Under the pieces are notes generated by a model. It did not search any database and was not told the origin of the DNA. It worked only from the letters and a program-made list of their open reading frames with translations. The position numbers and the translations under genes were made by a program. 64,000 bases of DNA from Eledone cirrhosa (lineage: Eukaryota), in the NCBI GenBank assembly GCA_964016885.1, contig OZ024746.1, positions 28,458,001 to 28,522,000 on the forward strand, in the 5' to 3' direction. Shown here in pieces: positions 1-13,877 of this stretch; within the stretch, counting starts at the first letter, position 1; the number at the start of each line of letters is the position of its first letter.

Positions 1-166
1 ACCCAAACGACTTATTTTAAATCTACTGTGATTTAAACATATCCGACACTAATTTGCATAACAGACTAAATAAATTTAATAACCCCACTATCCGGGAGCT
101 TCCAACAGAAATGGTCACATTCTTTAAGGGTATGTCAATATTTATTTATAAAACTGATCTATATTA

Positions 167-231
167 TATTTTATCTGATGAAAGCGCACCATAATTTGAC
201 TTGGTGTCCTTGAAATATGTATAATGAAATA
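167..231 (+). ncRNA. Type-I hammerhead ribozyme motif (probable PLE/retrozyme remnant)
   Basis: Stem I tattttat/atgaaata, core CTGATGA (175-181), stem II aagcgcacca/tggtgtcctt (one mismatch), GAAA (212-215), short stem III, AUA cleavage triplet ending at 223. Confidence 0.6.
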
Positions 232-275
232 AATATGGTTTTATAAATATAGTTTCCATTTGTTAATATATCGTA

Positions 276-320
<45 letters not shown>

Positions 321-1523
321 GTGTGTATGTGTGTGTGTGTGTATGTATATATTTATATGTATGTATGTGTATGTGTAAATGTGTGTATTGCTTACCACGT
401 GTGTTTGTTTATTTATTTGTCCTTTCTTGTATCGCTGTCAACTTTATAATAATTTTTATTTTCTTAAGTCGTATATTTTATTTTTATGTGACGGCCTATT
501 GCATTATATATTTGTTCATTGTTTTTTATTTTTTCTTATAATTAATTGTGTGTGTGCGTATGTAGGTGTGTGTACATATATCTATATATGTGTGTGCGTA
601 TGTATGCGTGTATATATGTGTGTATGTATGTGTGTATATATGTATGATTATGTCTGTATATATATATATATATATATAATGTGTGTGTGTGTGTGTGTGT
701 GTGTGTTTGTCTATTTATGTGTATGTGTATCTATATTTTATACGATTGTGTGTATGTGGGTGAACGTATGTGTATAAGTACGTGTATATATATATATATA
801 TGTATATGTATGTATGTGTGTGCATGCATATGTGTATATATATAGTCGCGTACGTACGTGTGCTTAGATATACGTGTGCCGATATATGTATATATATGTG
901 TGGTTCGTGTGTATGTATGTACGTATGCATGTGCTTTTGCCTGTACGTATTCATATATATATTTTTTTTTTATATGTATGTGTGCGTACGTGCGAACCTA
1001 TGTTTGTTTTCTTTTTTTCTAGTGTTAATTTATAATTGATAACCCCTCCATCTTACTTTCTCTTTGATTTAAACAAAATTTATTTTTTCTCATATATTGT
1101 TTCATTTTCATATGTATCGAATATGACACTCTTTTTGACTAATACACTCCCTTCCCTTTTTATCTTCCGCATATAAATGATCGCGCGTGTGTGTTTATAC
1201 GCGTGCTTTCATACTTGTATGTGTATATATTTAATAACTAAATCTGGATGTACATTATTTGTCAACTTATATTATATACGTATTGGTCACACATACACTA
1301 TTATGCTTGCCCTCATATACGCACTTACGCACACACACATTTTCACTATACACATGCATTTGTACATACTCACATATGTACATTTGTGAGTGAATATAAA
1401 CACATTTATACACATACCCTAACTATATTTCCTTATTTTTTTATATATCTCTTGCTTTGTTTTTTTGCCCGTTAAACTCTTGCCTTTCTTGAGGAGATTT
1501 TTCAAATATTTCACTATGTTATA

Positions 1524-1601
1524 AATTGCCTTGTCCGATGAACGAATGAGGACGTTTTTCGTATTCGTCTTATTCGGGAAACCTCTGGTAATGAGGTAAT
1601 T
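1524..1601 (+). ncRNA. Type-I hammerhead ribozyme motif with variant core CCGATGA
   Basis: 11-bp stem I aattgccttgt/atgaggtaatt, CCGATGA (1535-1541), stem II cgaatgaggacg/cgtcttattcg, GAAA-CC-tct-GG-TA. The 3' half recurs at ~27283-27362. Confidence 0.65.
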
Positions 1602-1624
1602 ATATTGTATTGTTTATTATACAT

Positions 1625-1659
<35 letters not shown>

Positions 1660-1817
1660 ATGTATATGTGTGTGTTCGTGTGTGTGTGTGTGTGCATGCG
1701 TGTTTATCTACTTTTATATTTATTCTTTTTCCTTTCCTTCTTCCTTTTCCAACCTCACTTTCATATAGATTATAATTTTGTTTTTAAAATCCACTGTCAA
1801 TAAATACACCAGGATTT

Positions 1818-1878
1818 TTTCATTCTGATGACTGAAAGCAAATTTTGTTTGCTTTCAAGAAACCACTGGTAAATGAAA
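1818..1878 (+). ncRNA. Type-I hammerhead ribozyme
   Basis: Stem I tttcatt/aatgaaa, CTGATGA (1825-1831), perfect 10-bp stem II tgaaagcaaa/tttgctttca, GAAA (1859-1862), stem III ACC-act-GGT, GUA site at 1871. Confidence 0.8.
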
Positions 1879-1970
1879 TAATTATCTTATGTTGTTTATT
1901 ACATAACTTATAAGCTCTGTAACCTACATTGAGCACTCTTTTTTCCTGGACCTTTCCGACGGAATTACTT

Positions 1971-2057
<87 letters not shown>

Positions 2058-2639
2058 ATATGTATATATGTATATATATATATATGTATGTATGTATATA
2101 TGTATGTATACTGATTTAAAGTATCACAACGTATGTAATATGTATGATAAATATGTTTCTCAGTAAAAAAGTTCAATGGACGTTTGTCCAGAACATCAAT
2201 AATTCAAATGTTTAAAAAACAATATATATACCGTATAGCCATATATAACAGAGAAAAACATACGATTTTGTACATATATATACAAGCCATATAATATCTA
2301 GGGAACATTATATCATTTAAGGTAGGAAAGTCATTATATTCCTTACGGCGCCGTTTCATAATTTCTAGAACCGGATTGGAATTCGATCTAAGTAATCAAT
2401 TATGGATTACCAACTATCGATTTTGGTATAGTTCCGGGAGAGGTGGAACTAATCGTCAAAGTAAAATGTCTTGTTATGACTTCCCATGAAATACAAAATT
2501 CCTTTATAATCTGTTATATTCCGTTGAACAAGTGTTAAATAATAACAATAACATCTGTGAAACATCGTTGACATCTTTAAACGAAATATTTGTTCACTTT
2601 GCCGCCAAACCAAGAGAAATGTGACAAGACTTTATCTCT

Positions 2640-2768
<129 letters not shown>

Positions 2769-2770
2769 TA

Positions 2771-3112
2771 TCTATATATATAAAACTGAGGCCCGCATTA
2801 GATGAACAACTTCATTTTTCAGCTTTTTAGGGCTTTTTTGACGCGTTACGTCTAGCCGATTTTCCCGAAATTTCAAGGCATATTATGCACATAAAAAAAA
2901 TTCATTTTCTTGATCCCCAGGGCCCGCATTAGGTGAAAACCTGCATTTTTCCTGCTTCATCGAGTAGAATCTTAAAGAATATCCAGGCATCAGAATATTC
3001 GGTTTATTTTCTTTACATATTGTCCAGGCATGCAATTTTTCCACGATTAGGTCTGTTGGCGGCCCGTGTCACAAAATACCTTATCCCGTGCAACGCCGGG
3101 TTCCACTGCTAG
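2771..3112 (+). mobile_element. Non-autonomous Helitron
   Basis: Begins TC (tctatatatataaaa) after an A. Ends with GC-rich hairpin cccgtgcaacgccggg followed 8 nt later by CTAG, then T. Internal repeat ggcccgcatta at 2789 and 2921. Sits in a (TA)n tract. Confidence 0.75.
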
Positions 3113-3242
3113 TATATATATATATATATATATATAAAGGAGGAAATGTGGTAAGGAACCAGGTGGACCATAACGCACCAAAGTACTCAATACTTAGGGT
3201 AGTAGAGTGGTTAATAGGACCCCTCCTATCTATCTATATATA

Positions 3243-3334
<92 letters not shown>

Positions 3335-5735
3335 TATCTATCTGTCTATATGTTGCATGTATGTCTATCTATCTATCTATCTCTGTATGTATCTATCTCT
3401 CTATCTGTATAATCTCTCTGTCGATTTATCTATGTAGCTATTTCTCTATCTGTCAAATATTTCAGTCAGACATCTTCCTAACATTTCCAACCAGATGATC
3501 TACATCTTATCACCCCATCAGCTGACAATTTCCATTCTAACATCTCCCTACAGACGATCTACATGTTAGCATCTCCTGACAGACCAAACTATCTTACAAT
3601 TGGTTTTTAACCAAAACAACGACCAACAAAACTTCTCTGGGTTAATCTTTCTGACCTAGAAATCTTCATAAAGATTTGACACAGAAACTAAAAATAACAA
3701 CATTAAGGTGGCAGCAGACAGCATAGAAAGAAAGAAAGAACGAAAGAAAGAAAAAAAGAAGAAAAAAAGTATGAAAAAATAAACAAAAAATAGCTGTAAA
3801 ACAAAAGAGAAAAAATTGTTTAAAGCCTCCTAACAAATATATTCGTTGTTTCTTGAAGATGGTTGTGATAGCATGATTTAGAGTAAGTGTAAAATAAGTA
3901 AAGCTAGAATCTAGCTGGAGAACTACAAGAAAAACATTCGTAAACATTCGAGAAAAAATATATAAGTAGTGTCTGTCTGAGGAGAGGAGCGATGTTGCGT
4001 GAGAACGGGATAAAAGAATTGTTTTAGTTTTTTTTGTTGTGTTGTTGTTGTTGCTGCTTTGGTTTTGCTACTCTTGTTGGTCTTTTGTTTGGCTTTTCCG
4101 TTTGTTCGTGTTGTACTTGTTTTTGCTTTTGTTGTAACTGTTGTTTTTGTTAATGTTGATTCACTTCTTGGAATTGTTTATGCTGCTGTTTTTATAGTTG
4201 TTGCTGTTGATGTAGTTGTTATAGTTGTTGCTGCTGTTGTTGTAGTTGTTATAGTTTTTTAACCTCATTCAGCCGACATCAAGCAGATTTTTTTGATAAA
4301 AAGCGTTAATGCCGTTCCTATCACGTCTTTTTTGAAATCAGAGACGAGACTATATTATCCAAAGTGTCATTATGCTTTGTTTTTTTTAACGACATGGCGT
4401 GATTTCGTGAAGATGTGGCTTTCTAGTCATGACTAGCACGACTTTTATCTTTTACAGACATATTGAATCTAAGACTATTGAATATGTGTCATAGCTTTTG
4501 AGATAGTAGCACATGATTTAAAAGAAATTAGACTGCTGTTTCTAATAGGTCAACCGTTATATGATTACTTTATTACAGGGCGCTCCTCTCTTGACTATCC
4601 CACCTTTTAATTTTTGCAGGCATGTTGAATCTAAGACTAGATTATCAAAAATAAGCATCTGTCTTTCCTTTATTAACATAGTTAGTCTATGATCTGAAAA
4701 TGATACAAGCAGTTTATTATGTTTCTTTACGAAATTTTAAGGCGTTAAAATAATTTACGTAGATTATGTCTCGCACGTATAGTCTCGTACAGTCTCGTGT
4801 TACCTTCAATTGATAAGTCTTAGTATTTCAAGAGGAAAATATTATTTGATTCTGTGTTGCATGATTTTCTGGTGTTTACTCCTACTACTTTTATTTTCTG
4901 TTTAGATTGACTTTCGGGTAGTCGCAGAAATGATTGATGGGTTAAGAAGTTTGATTCCCAATAAGGAGGCTCAGGGTTCGATCCCACTGCAAGATCATTT
5001 GGGTAAGTGTTTTTTCCATAGCTTCAAGAATATCCAAAACTAGTGAGTGTATATATGTATTTCAGAGTTATTAGTTATCACCAGATGTGGCCTACTAGCA
5101 CCGTGACAACGAAGTATGAAAATTATGTGTTTTCTAGACCCGACCATCCGGTTCCGACGATAAGTGTTCGGTATATCTTCCTCACGAAATTAACGTGTAA
5201 ATCATTGAGAGTTACTCTACCTTTTCTACCTTTAATGTAGTTCTCATAGATTCCGGTGACAGAGAGAATGGCAAAGTGGTCCATTTAAAGGTAAAGCATA
5301 CATTTTGCGAGTTGAGTGAACTGGAGCAAAATGAAATAAAATGTCTTATCAGGGGTATTAGGTGTCACCGATAATCGAACACACAACGCCATGCAAGTCA
5401 ATGATGAATAGTTCTATATACAATATGCCTGAGGAATCAGGGATGACCTGGGGTGAAACTACAACAACTACAATTAAACAACTACCCTTTCGTTCGGTCA
5501 AGTGAAGATAATTTTCATATAGTAGAAGTGATTCGTATTCGTTTATCTTCCCAGACGCCATTTTGGTATTTACTGATTGAAATTGAGATTGTGGGTGACG
5601 TTTATTGTCTTTCATACTTCCGCTTCCTCTGGTGCCGAACTACTGTTCAATGTTCTATATACAATGGGGCTATACCAAATTATACACACAGAGACACACT
5701 CGTATATACATACATACATATATGTGTATATATAT

Positions 5736-5821
<86 letters not shown>

Positions 5822-6471
5822 TTTATATATATATATATATGCACAAATAGAGGAGACATATTTATAAACATACATACAGATACATACATACATACATACA
5901 TACATATAAATGTATAGACGAAGATACAAATAGAAACATACACATACATATACATTTTCTTTTGTTTCTCTTTTGCGTTGTAGAGAAAACGATAATAGTG
6001 ATTTCTAATGTAGACAGAATTTAATTAAAACTGAGGTAACAGAAATAGATTGAGAGAGAGAGAAAGAAGAGAATTAGAGGAGAGGATCTTCTTCTCCCAC
6101 CCTCCTCCATATATGTAAATATATACACAGGATCAGATGAAACTGATAACTGATATAACACACAGGAAATAGAGTACTACAGAAGAATCACACTAATAGT
6201 ACGAATACTGAATTCAATGTTATAAATAAGATAATAGGTATGCAATAATTACAATAACATTCACAATCTTAGCAACAACAACTAACAGTCTACTGAAAGC
6301 AGCTCAATAAGAAAACCTATATAGAAAGGGAGGGAGAAATGGGATGAGGTTTCTGATACATAGTGAAATACCACATTGTAACAATAGTGAAAGTTGAAAA
6401 AATACGTAGAATAGAATCAAAAGGAAATTGATTAGTTTCATAAGACAATATGAAAGCGAAAAATACTACTT

Positions 6472-6546
<75 letters not shown>

Positions 6547-6829
6547 TTATATATACCGAAATAAAATATAAAAAGACAAAGCAGGAGATTATATTGTAGA
6601 AAAACCTTTAGATAAGGGAAACATTTTCAAGATAAATTGCTTAGAAGACAAGGACAAATAAAACACGGAAATAGAACTCCAAAATATTCTAAGAACTGAA
6701 ACCGTAAATTTGTACTATGTATCGATATCTAAACGGTGAATGGTAAAGTTGACCAGGGCGGGTTTTGAGCTCAGAACATTATAACATGAAAAAAAAAGTT
6801 CTAAGGCATATTAATCCACGGCTCTTTTC

Positions 6830-7052
6830 TCTCTATGTCCCCGTCTCCCGGCTCTTTAATAAGCTGCCAAAATACCCAAGAGATCTACAATGTGTAGATG
6901 TAGATATTTCCAGCAAACATCTCGACATTCTGTTAACTAAGATCCGAAATGAATCCACAGCACTCGATGAAGTACCAATAAGGGCAGTAGCGACAAGCTC
7001 CCTTTTACCGGTAAGGAAGGTTGGCTATGAAAAGTGTAGCGACAATGGTGGT
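6830..7052 (+). mobile_element. CR1-like LINE 3' end remnant
   Basis: Translates RLFNKLPKYPRDLQCVDVDISSKHLDILLTKIRNE, resembling the C-terminus of CR1-group ORF2. Confidence 0.45.
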
Positions 7053-7070
7053 ACTTTATATATATATATA

Positions 7071-7520
7071 TAGTAATAATAATAAATTTGAAGACTAAAA
7101 TCTAAAGAGGGCTCGATAAGGATAAATATATATCAGATATATATAAGAACCGTAGAGCAAATATTTATTAAAATAACAGATTAAAGTTTAAGCAAAGAAT
7201 CGCTGCTTTCACCCTTAACGGGATCTTCTGAAACTAAAAAAGTCAATCTGTGAACGCAGAAGTAAATGTTTCAAAAAACGTTACAACCGAAGGAAGACAG
7301 GAAGACGATACTTTGGTTCGTGGTAACGTTCCCTGTCAAAGAACGAAAAAAAAACGAAGATAATACGTGATTATTTGGTATCGTCTTCCTGTCTTCCTTC
7401 GGTTGCAACGTTTTTTGAAATATTTACTTCTGCGTTCACAGATTGACTTTTTTAGTTTCAGAAGATCCCGTTAAGGGTGAAAGCAGCGATCCTTTGCTTA
7501 AACTTTAATCTGTTATTTTA

Positions 7521-7528
<8 letters not shown>
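7071..7528. repeat. Fold-back element: 151-bp inverted arms (7161-7311 / 7378-7528), each with an HHR-like motif
   Basis: Arms are near-perfect reverse complements around a 66-bp spacer and are flanked by (TA)n. 7072-7194 recurs at 24661-24781. Confidence 0.85.
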
Positions 7529-7601
<73 letters not shown>

Positions 7602-7614
7602 CATATACATTTAC

Positions 7615-7735
<121 letters not shown>

Positions 7736-7764
7736 GTACATACATACATATACACACACATACA

Positions 7765-7990
7765 TTAGCGAGAAGGAGACTATTTATGTTAATGAGGAAT
7801 CTACAGACACTCCACCCTGAATATACCTTTAGATTTATACCTGTGATAATTGGGGCACTGGTATATGTTTCTAACTGCTCCAGTATAAATCTTAAAAACT
7901 GGGATTCGCAGAACCAGAAAGGGCACGGTGAGTTAGGAAGTTGCACTTGAAGACCATTAATGGAACTGTAAAAATATGTAAAACATTTAA
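7765..7990 (+). mobile_element. RLE-type (R4/NeSL-like) non-LTR retrotransposon 3' remnant
   Basis: ISEKETIY / [24 protein letters not shown] resembles the K..KY..L...PiviGalG end of restriction-like endonucleases. Frameshifted. Confidence 0.5.
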
Positions 7991-8288
7991 AAAATTCAGC
8001 ATGTAACAACTGCATATAGACATGCATACAGAAACATACGTGTGTGTACACATATAACTCAAGAAATATAGATTCACATATACAATACCACCCACACCTG
8101 CACACAGAAATATATACAGACATATTTACCTAGTTGGTGTCTAAATTACAATGAAATATTCTTGTTTCTATTAGAAACCGGTTCCCTCTTTATTGGTGGA
8201 AATTTATAAAATAATAAAACAGTACATACATATACACTTTTACACATATATATATACAAACACTTTTACATATATATATACAAACTCA

Positions 8289-8331
<43 letters not shown>

Positions 8332-8711
8332 GCATATATATATATATATATATACACACACAAAAAAAAAGTATTGAATTTGCCCTACTTTATATGTTGT
8401 TATCAGATCAATAATGAAAGTTAGTTACAACGTTGTAAGTTCGTCAAAACATTGAATCGTGGGGTTACCATGGAAACCACATATGAATTCTTCAATCAAT
8501 CATCCGACCAATTTATTTTTAACATCCACGAGCATGACCCTCAACCGCACAGATGTACATACGTACTGTCACACATACGCATACAGATACTCTTTCTCAC
8601 TCTCTCACTTTCTCTCTCTCTCCATCACTATCATTAGATCTCTCTCCTTTCTCTTTGTCGCCTTCTCTCTTGCTCTATCTCCTTATCTTTCTCGCCTCCT
8701 ATCTCCTCTCC

Positions 8712-8757
<46 letters not shown>

Positions 8758-8786
8758 ACATATATATATGTATATATATATAATAT

Positions 8787-8843
<57 letters not shown>

Positions 8844-8952
8844 TGTATATATATATTATGTATATATATATATATATAGATGTATATATATATTATGTAT
8901 ATATATATATATATATAGATGTATATATATATTATGTATATATATATATATA

Positions 8953-8994
<42 letters not shown>

Positions 8995-8995
8995 G

Positions 8996-9067
<72 letters not shown>

Positions 9068-9374
9068 GCGTGTGTGTATATATATATATATGCGTGTGTG
9101 TATATATATATATATATGTGTGTGTGTGTATGTGTGTAATTGTGTGTATGTTTATGCATGTGTCTGTATATGTGTATATATGTATGAGTGTGTTGTAGTT
9201 ACTCTTAATTTATTTCGTTTGTAATTATATTTCAATGAGTTTTTTAGTTCTTTTTTATTCTTTTATCATTTAATTACATGTATGTATGTACATGATTGTG
9301 TATGTGTATGGCTTTGTATGTGTACATAAATATACATATGTGTGTGTGCCTGAGAGAGAGAGAGCGGGAGGGAG

Positions 9375-9464
<90 letters not shown>

Positions 9465-9616
9465 ATAAAATGGGGTTAAAGAAAAATGTGTACGAAACTA
9501 TGTTTGTTTGTTGTGTGTGTGTGTGTGTATTCATGTGTATGTCCGTATTCTGGAATATATCTGAATTTGTAGCTTTATATATATATATGTGTGTGCGTGT
9601 GTGTGTGTGCGTGTAA

Positions 9617-9700
<84 letters not shown>

Positions 9701-10529
9701 TGTGGTGTGCGTGTTTGTGCTGTGTATAGTTGAGGAAAGGTTTCATAAGGTCTGAGTAGAACGGGAAACTTTAAAAACTGTCCAAATCCAGTGACATATT
9801 ATCAGGTAATTTCACTCACCTCTGTCCAGCCTGTATCAAAACATTTCGTGTTTGTAGTCAACTTGTCAGCCATTTTCAAAGCCAACATCTGAAATGTCTA
9901 TCCTATTTATCATGTTCCACAGCCATATTCCATAGAGGGCGTAGTTGTCTGCTTATTTACATTTCTTTTTTTAAGAACAAGTAATTCTGATTTCTAATCT
10001 AGGGGCAATACCAACAGTTTCAGTGACGGGTAATTCGATTTTTTTAATGTAATTACTTGACTGGTACTTTAATTGTTTTGATCTCGGATTGATGCAGTAT
10101 TAAGATGAACTCGGTGAGATTTGAACAGAGAACGTAAAGAGCTGTGTGAAATACTACAAAACACTTTGTTCGATTCAAGGACATTCAATAATAAACACGC
10201 ACATTTGCTGCCAACTTCAGTTGTTGGATGAATTCCAAGGAAGTATCCTACTTCAGGTGACAATATATATGGCAGCAGCTCCACCGTTCTCCCCAACCTC
10301 CATGCTATGGATACCACGTGACCAGCGATTTTATGTCCAATTCAGGATGTCGTTCATAATCTAAGTTGTCGTTCTTTGATGTAGAAACCTCCACATTTGA
10401 AAGATTGACACACGCTCACACAAACACATACAAATACACACTATGTTCCTTCTAACTTCCTTTCCCCTAATCTCTGTATCCGAGGACTCATTCTCTCTCT
10501 CTGTCTCTCTCTCTCTGTCTCTCTCTCTC

Positions 10530-10564
<35 letters not shown>

Positions 10565-10705
10565 ATATCTCCCTAATATTTTAGCTTAATTTAAACAGTA
10601 CATCCACATCTACATCTTGAATTCGACGTTTGCTTTTTCTCACGCACTTCACTTCCTCACGCAATATATATATATATATGCACACACATACAAACGCATA
10701 GATAC

Positions 10706-10783
<78 letters not shown>

Positions 10784-11150
10784 GTGCGCGCACACACACA
10801 CACTCACACGCACACACACACACAGACACAGACACACACTCACACTCACACACACAGACACAAACACAGACACAGACACACACACTCACACGCACACACA
10901 CACACACATCATATATATATATATATACACGTATATATTCCTTATTAATCCAAAATATTATTTTATTCTAAAAATAAGGGCCTGTTTATGATTTCATGGC
11001 GATTCACTGAGTGATTCTGCAACATAGAGAACTTGCTTAGAATAAATAACATATAGAGCGAAATGTATAATGCCTGTGTATATGTGTGTGTGTGTATATA
11101 TACATATATATATGTATATATATATATGTATATATATATATACATATATG

Positions 11151-11270
11151 AAGGCGTGTGGCTGAGTAGTTAGAGAATTGGATTCGCAATTGTAAGGTTG
11201 TGAGTTCGATTCCTGGACCAGGCGATGCGTTATGTCCTTGAGCAAGACACTTTATTTCACGTTGCTCCTT
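11151..11270 (+). mobile_element. tRNA-derived SINE
   Basis: A-box-like gtggctgagtagtt, B-box gagttcgattcc, then a tgtccttgagcaagacacttta body. Degraded relatives at ~4920-5040 (+), 31660-31800 (-), 61060-61150 (-), 63240-63390 (-). Confidence 0.65.
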
Positions 11271-11404
11271 CTACCTGGAGTTGCGACCGATAGATAGTAT
11301 TAGCAATTGGAAAGACCAACGGAAACATTGTTCCCTCGGTCCGATTTGACGAAAGTCGATCGTCTAAAAAAAAAAATATGTATATATATATATATGTATA
11401 TATG

Positions 11405-11438
<34 letters not shown>

Positions 11439-11601
11439 TTTAATATATATATATATATGTATATATATATACATATATATATATATAATATATATATGTA
11501 TATATATGTATATGTATATATATGTATATATATATATATATATAAATGAAAGGAATAGAAATTGTTTTAGCGAGAAGCTAACAGTATTTCATAACATATT
11601 T

Positions 11602-11641
<40 letters not shown>

Positions 11642-11809
11642 ATTAATATATAGGCCTTTCGCCACTTAAAAAACCTCCAAACACAGGCATTGCTTGTTCA
11701 GGATCTGTTGCAAGCGATTGCAATACTCTTAGCAGAGTTTGCAGCCATCTTGTATATATATATATATGTATATTTATACACACACACACACACACACACA
11801 CACCCCACC

Positions 11810-11845
<36 letters not shown>

Positions 11846-12141
11846 ATATATTATAATATACGCAAAAGGACAATGACAACAATTCCACTCAATAAGCCCT
11901 GCAACGACATGAAATAGAATATGTGTAATGAGGAAAGGATTGAATAAGAAGTAAAGATGGAAGAGGTATGGATATAGTAGGAGTAAGAGGTGAAGAAGGG
12001 AGATGTGTGGAAGGAAGAGCATGAGGAGGAGGAGGAGGAGGAGGAGGGGGGGGGGGTGAGAATTATTAAAGGTATATGAATAGGTTTAGTGGGGTGATAT
12101 AACGTCAAACAATAACAAACTAGCATATATCACGAAAGTTC

Positions 12142-12204
<63 letters not shown>

Positions 12205-12243
12205 TCATACATACACACACATACAAACATATATATGTATTCG

Positions 12244-12275
<32 letters not shown>

Positions 12276-12427
12276 TTCATACATATATATATATGTGTGT
12301 GTTTGTTTGTGTGTGTGTATGTGTATGTCCTACATATATATATATATATACATATAAATATATACATATATAAACATATATATATATATATATATGTCAT
12401 ACATATATATATATATATACATATATA

Positions 12428-12570
<143 letters not shown>

Positions 12571-12681
12571 TGAAAAAAAATGAAAACGAAATTTCATTTC
12601 TCACTCTTAGTATGGCACTTACTTAAATGTAAGTATGTATGTATACGTACATACATATATGTATACAGACGTACAGTAGCA

Positions 12682-12690
<9 letters not shown>
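12571..12690 (-). repeat. Displaced terminal part of the first HHR-satellite unit
   Basis: Near-identical to satellite segment tgaaaaaaaatgaaaacgaaatttc...gtagcatgca (e.g. 18275-18390). It continues at 17925 after the PLE. Confidence 0.9.
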
Positions 12691-12719
<29 letters not shown>

Positions 12720-13204
12720 TAAACGGAATAGAAAATGCTGACAAATTGTTCACAGTTGAAAAATGGTTTAATTAGGAATAAAAGAGTATTAGTGATTGTA
12801 TGGGTTAGTATTCAGTTGTGGTTTTAAGTTTTTAAGTTTTTACCGGTTGCGCATTTCTAAATGCTTTTCAAAAATAATTTTGAGATAGAGTGTCCGTGCT
12901 GTTTGCTCTGATCTGATTAGTTTTGGGAATTCTACCTGTTTTTATGTTAAAAAAATGGCTCCAGCGTTATTTTTGTGTTGCAAAAATGCTTGTGGTCAAA
13001 ACAATTTTGATTGGTCGGTAGAGGTCATGTGAATGTAAAAAGTTGATTTTGCGCCAAGACTGTTTTTATGTTAAAATGTTAGAAAAGTGGCTCCAGCAAA
13101 AATTATGGTCAAAAATTATGGTCAAATTTTGATTGGTCGGTAGAGGTCATGTGGATAAAAAATTGGTTTTGCGCCAAGATTGAGAAATGACTCTTTCACA
13201 ACAA

Positions 13205-13262
<58 letters not shown>

Positions 13263-13698
13263 TAGTAGTAGTAAGGTGTTCGATGCTGCGACAATAGCCA
13301 CCAGCGATGTGTGTCAAATGGCTATTAAGATAAGTGTGTGTGTGTGTGTGTGTGTGCGTGTGCGTACATACACACAGCAGAGTCATTCGAAGGTCAAAAG
13401 ATATTTTTCAGCTTTTGTCTTATACGGAGAAGTGCGTGTGTGTGTGTGTGTGTGTATAAGTCTCTTTGTATGTTGATGTACGCGTGTGTATGTGTTTGTG
13501 TATATATGTGTGTGTGTGTGTGTGTGCGTGTGTGGGTGGACCAGTATTTTTTTCCCCCCTGGTAAAATGGTGTACATTATTCGATTTTTTCAGTAAAATC
13601 GGTTCTCTTAATAGAACATCAACAATCTTAACAATAAAAGGTGTGAAATGATATTCACTATATATATATATACTCACACACACACATATATATATTTT

Positions 13699-13735
<37 letters not shown>

Positions 13736-13877
13736 TACATACATATATATGCACATATATTTTTTTGTATTGCACCATAGAGCATGTGTGTTTACGTGTG
13801 TCATTGTGTTTATATGTGGGTAGAGATGTGTGCTGATGTAGATATGTATGTTGACGTGTGTATGTTGTGGGTTCGTC

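Noticed and set aside
260-1475. Dozens of IYIY/CVCV/THTH/ERER ORFs here and throughout the window
   Set aside because: They are translations of (TA)n, (CA)n, (GA)n and (TATG)n microsatellites.
2338-2445. GAAA-CGGCGCCG-TA palindrome on minus resembling HHR stem III
   Set aside because: No CUGANGA core upstream.
11151-11225. tRNA gene
   Set aside because: A and B boxes are present but there is no proper acceptor stem, and the sequence runs into a dispersed SINE body.
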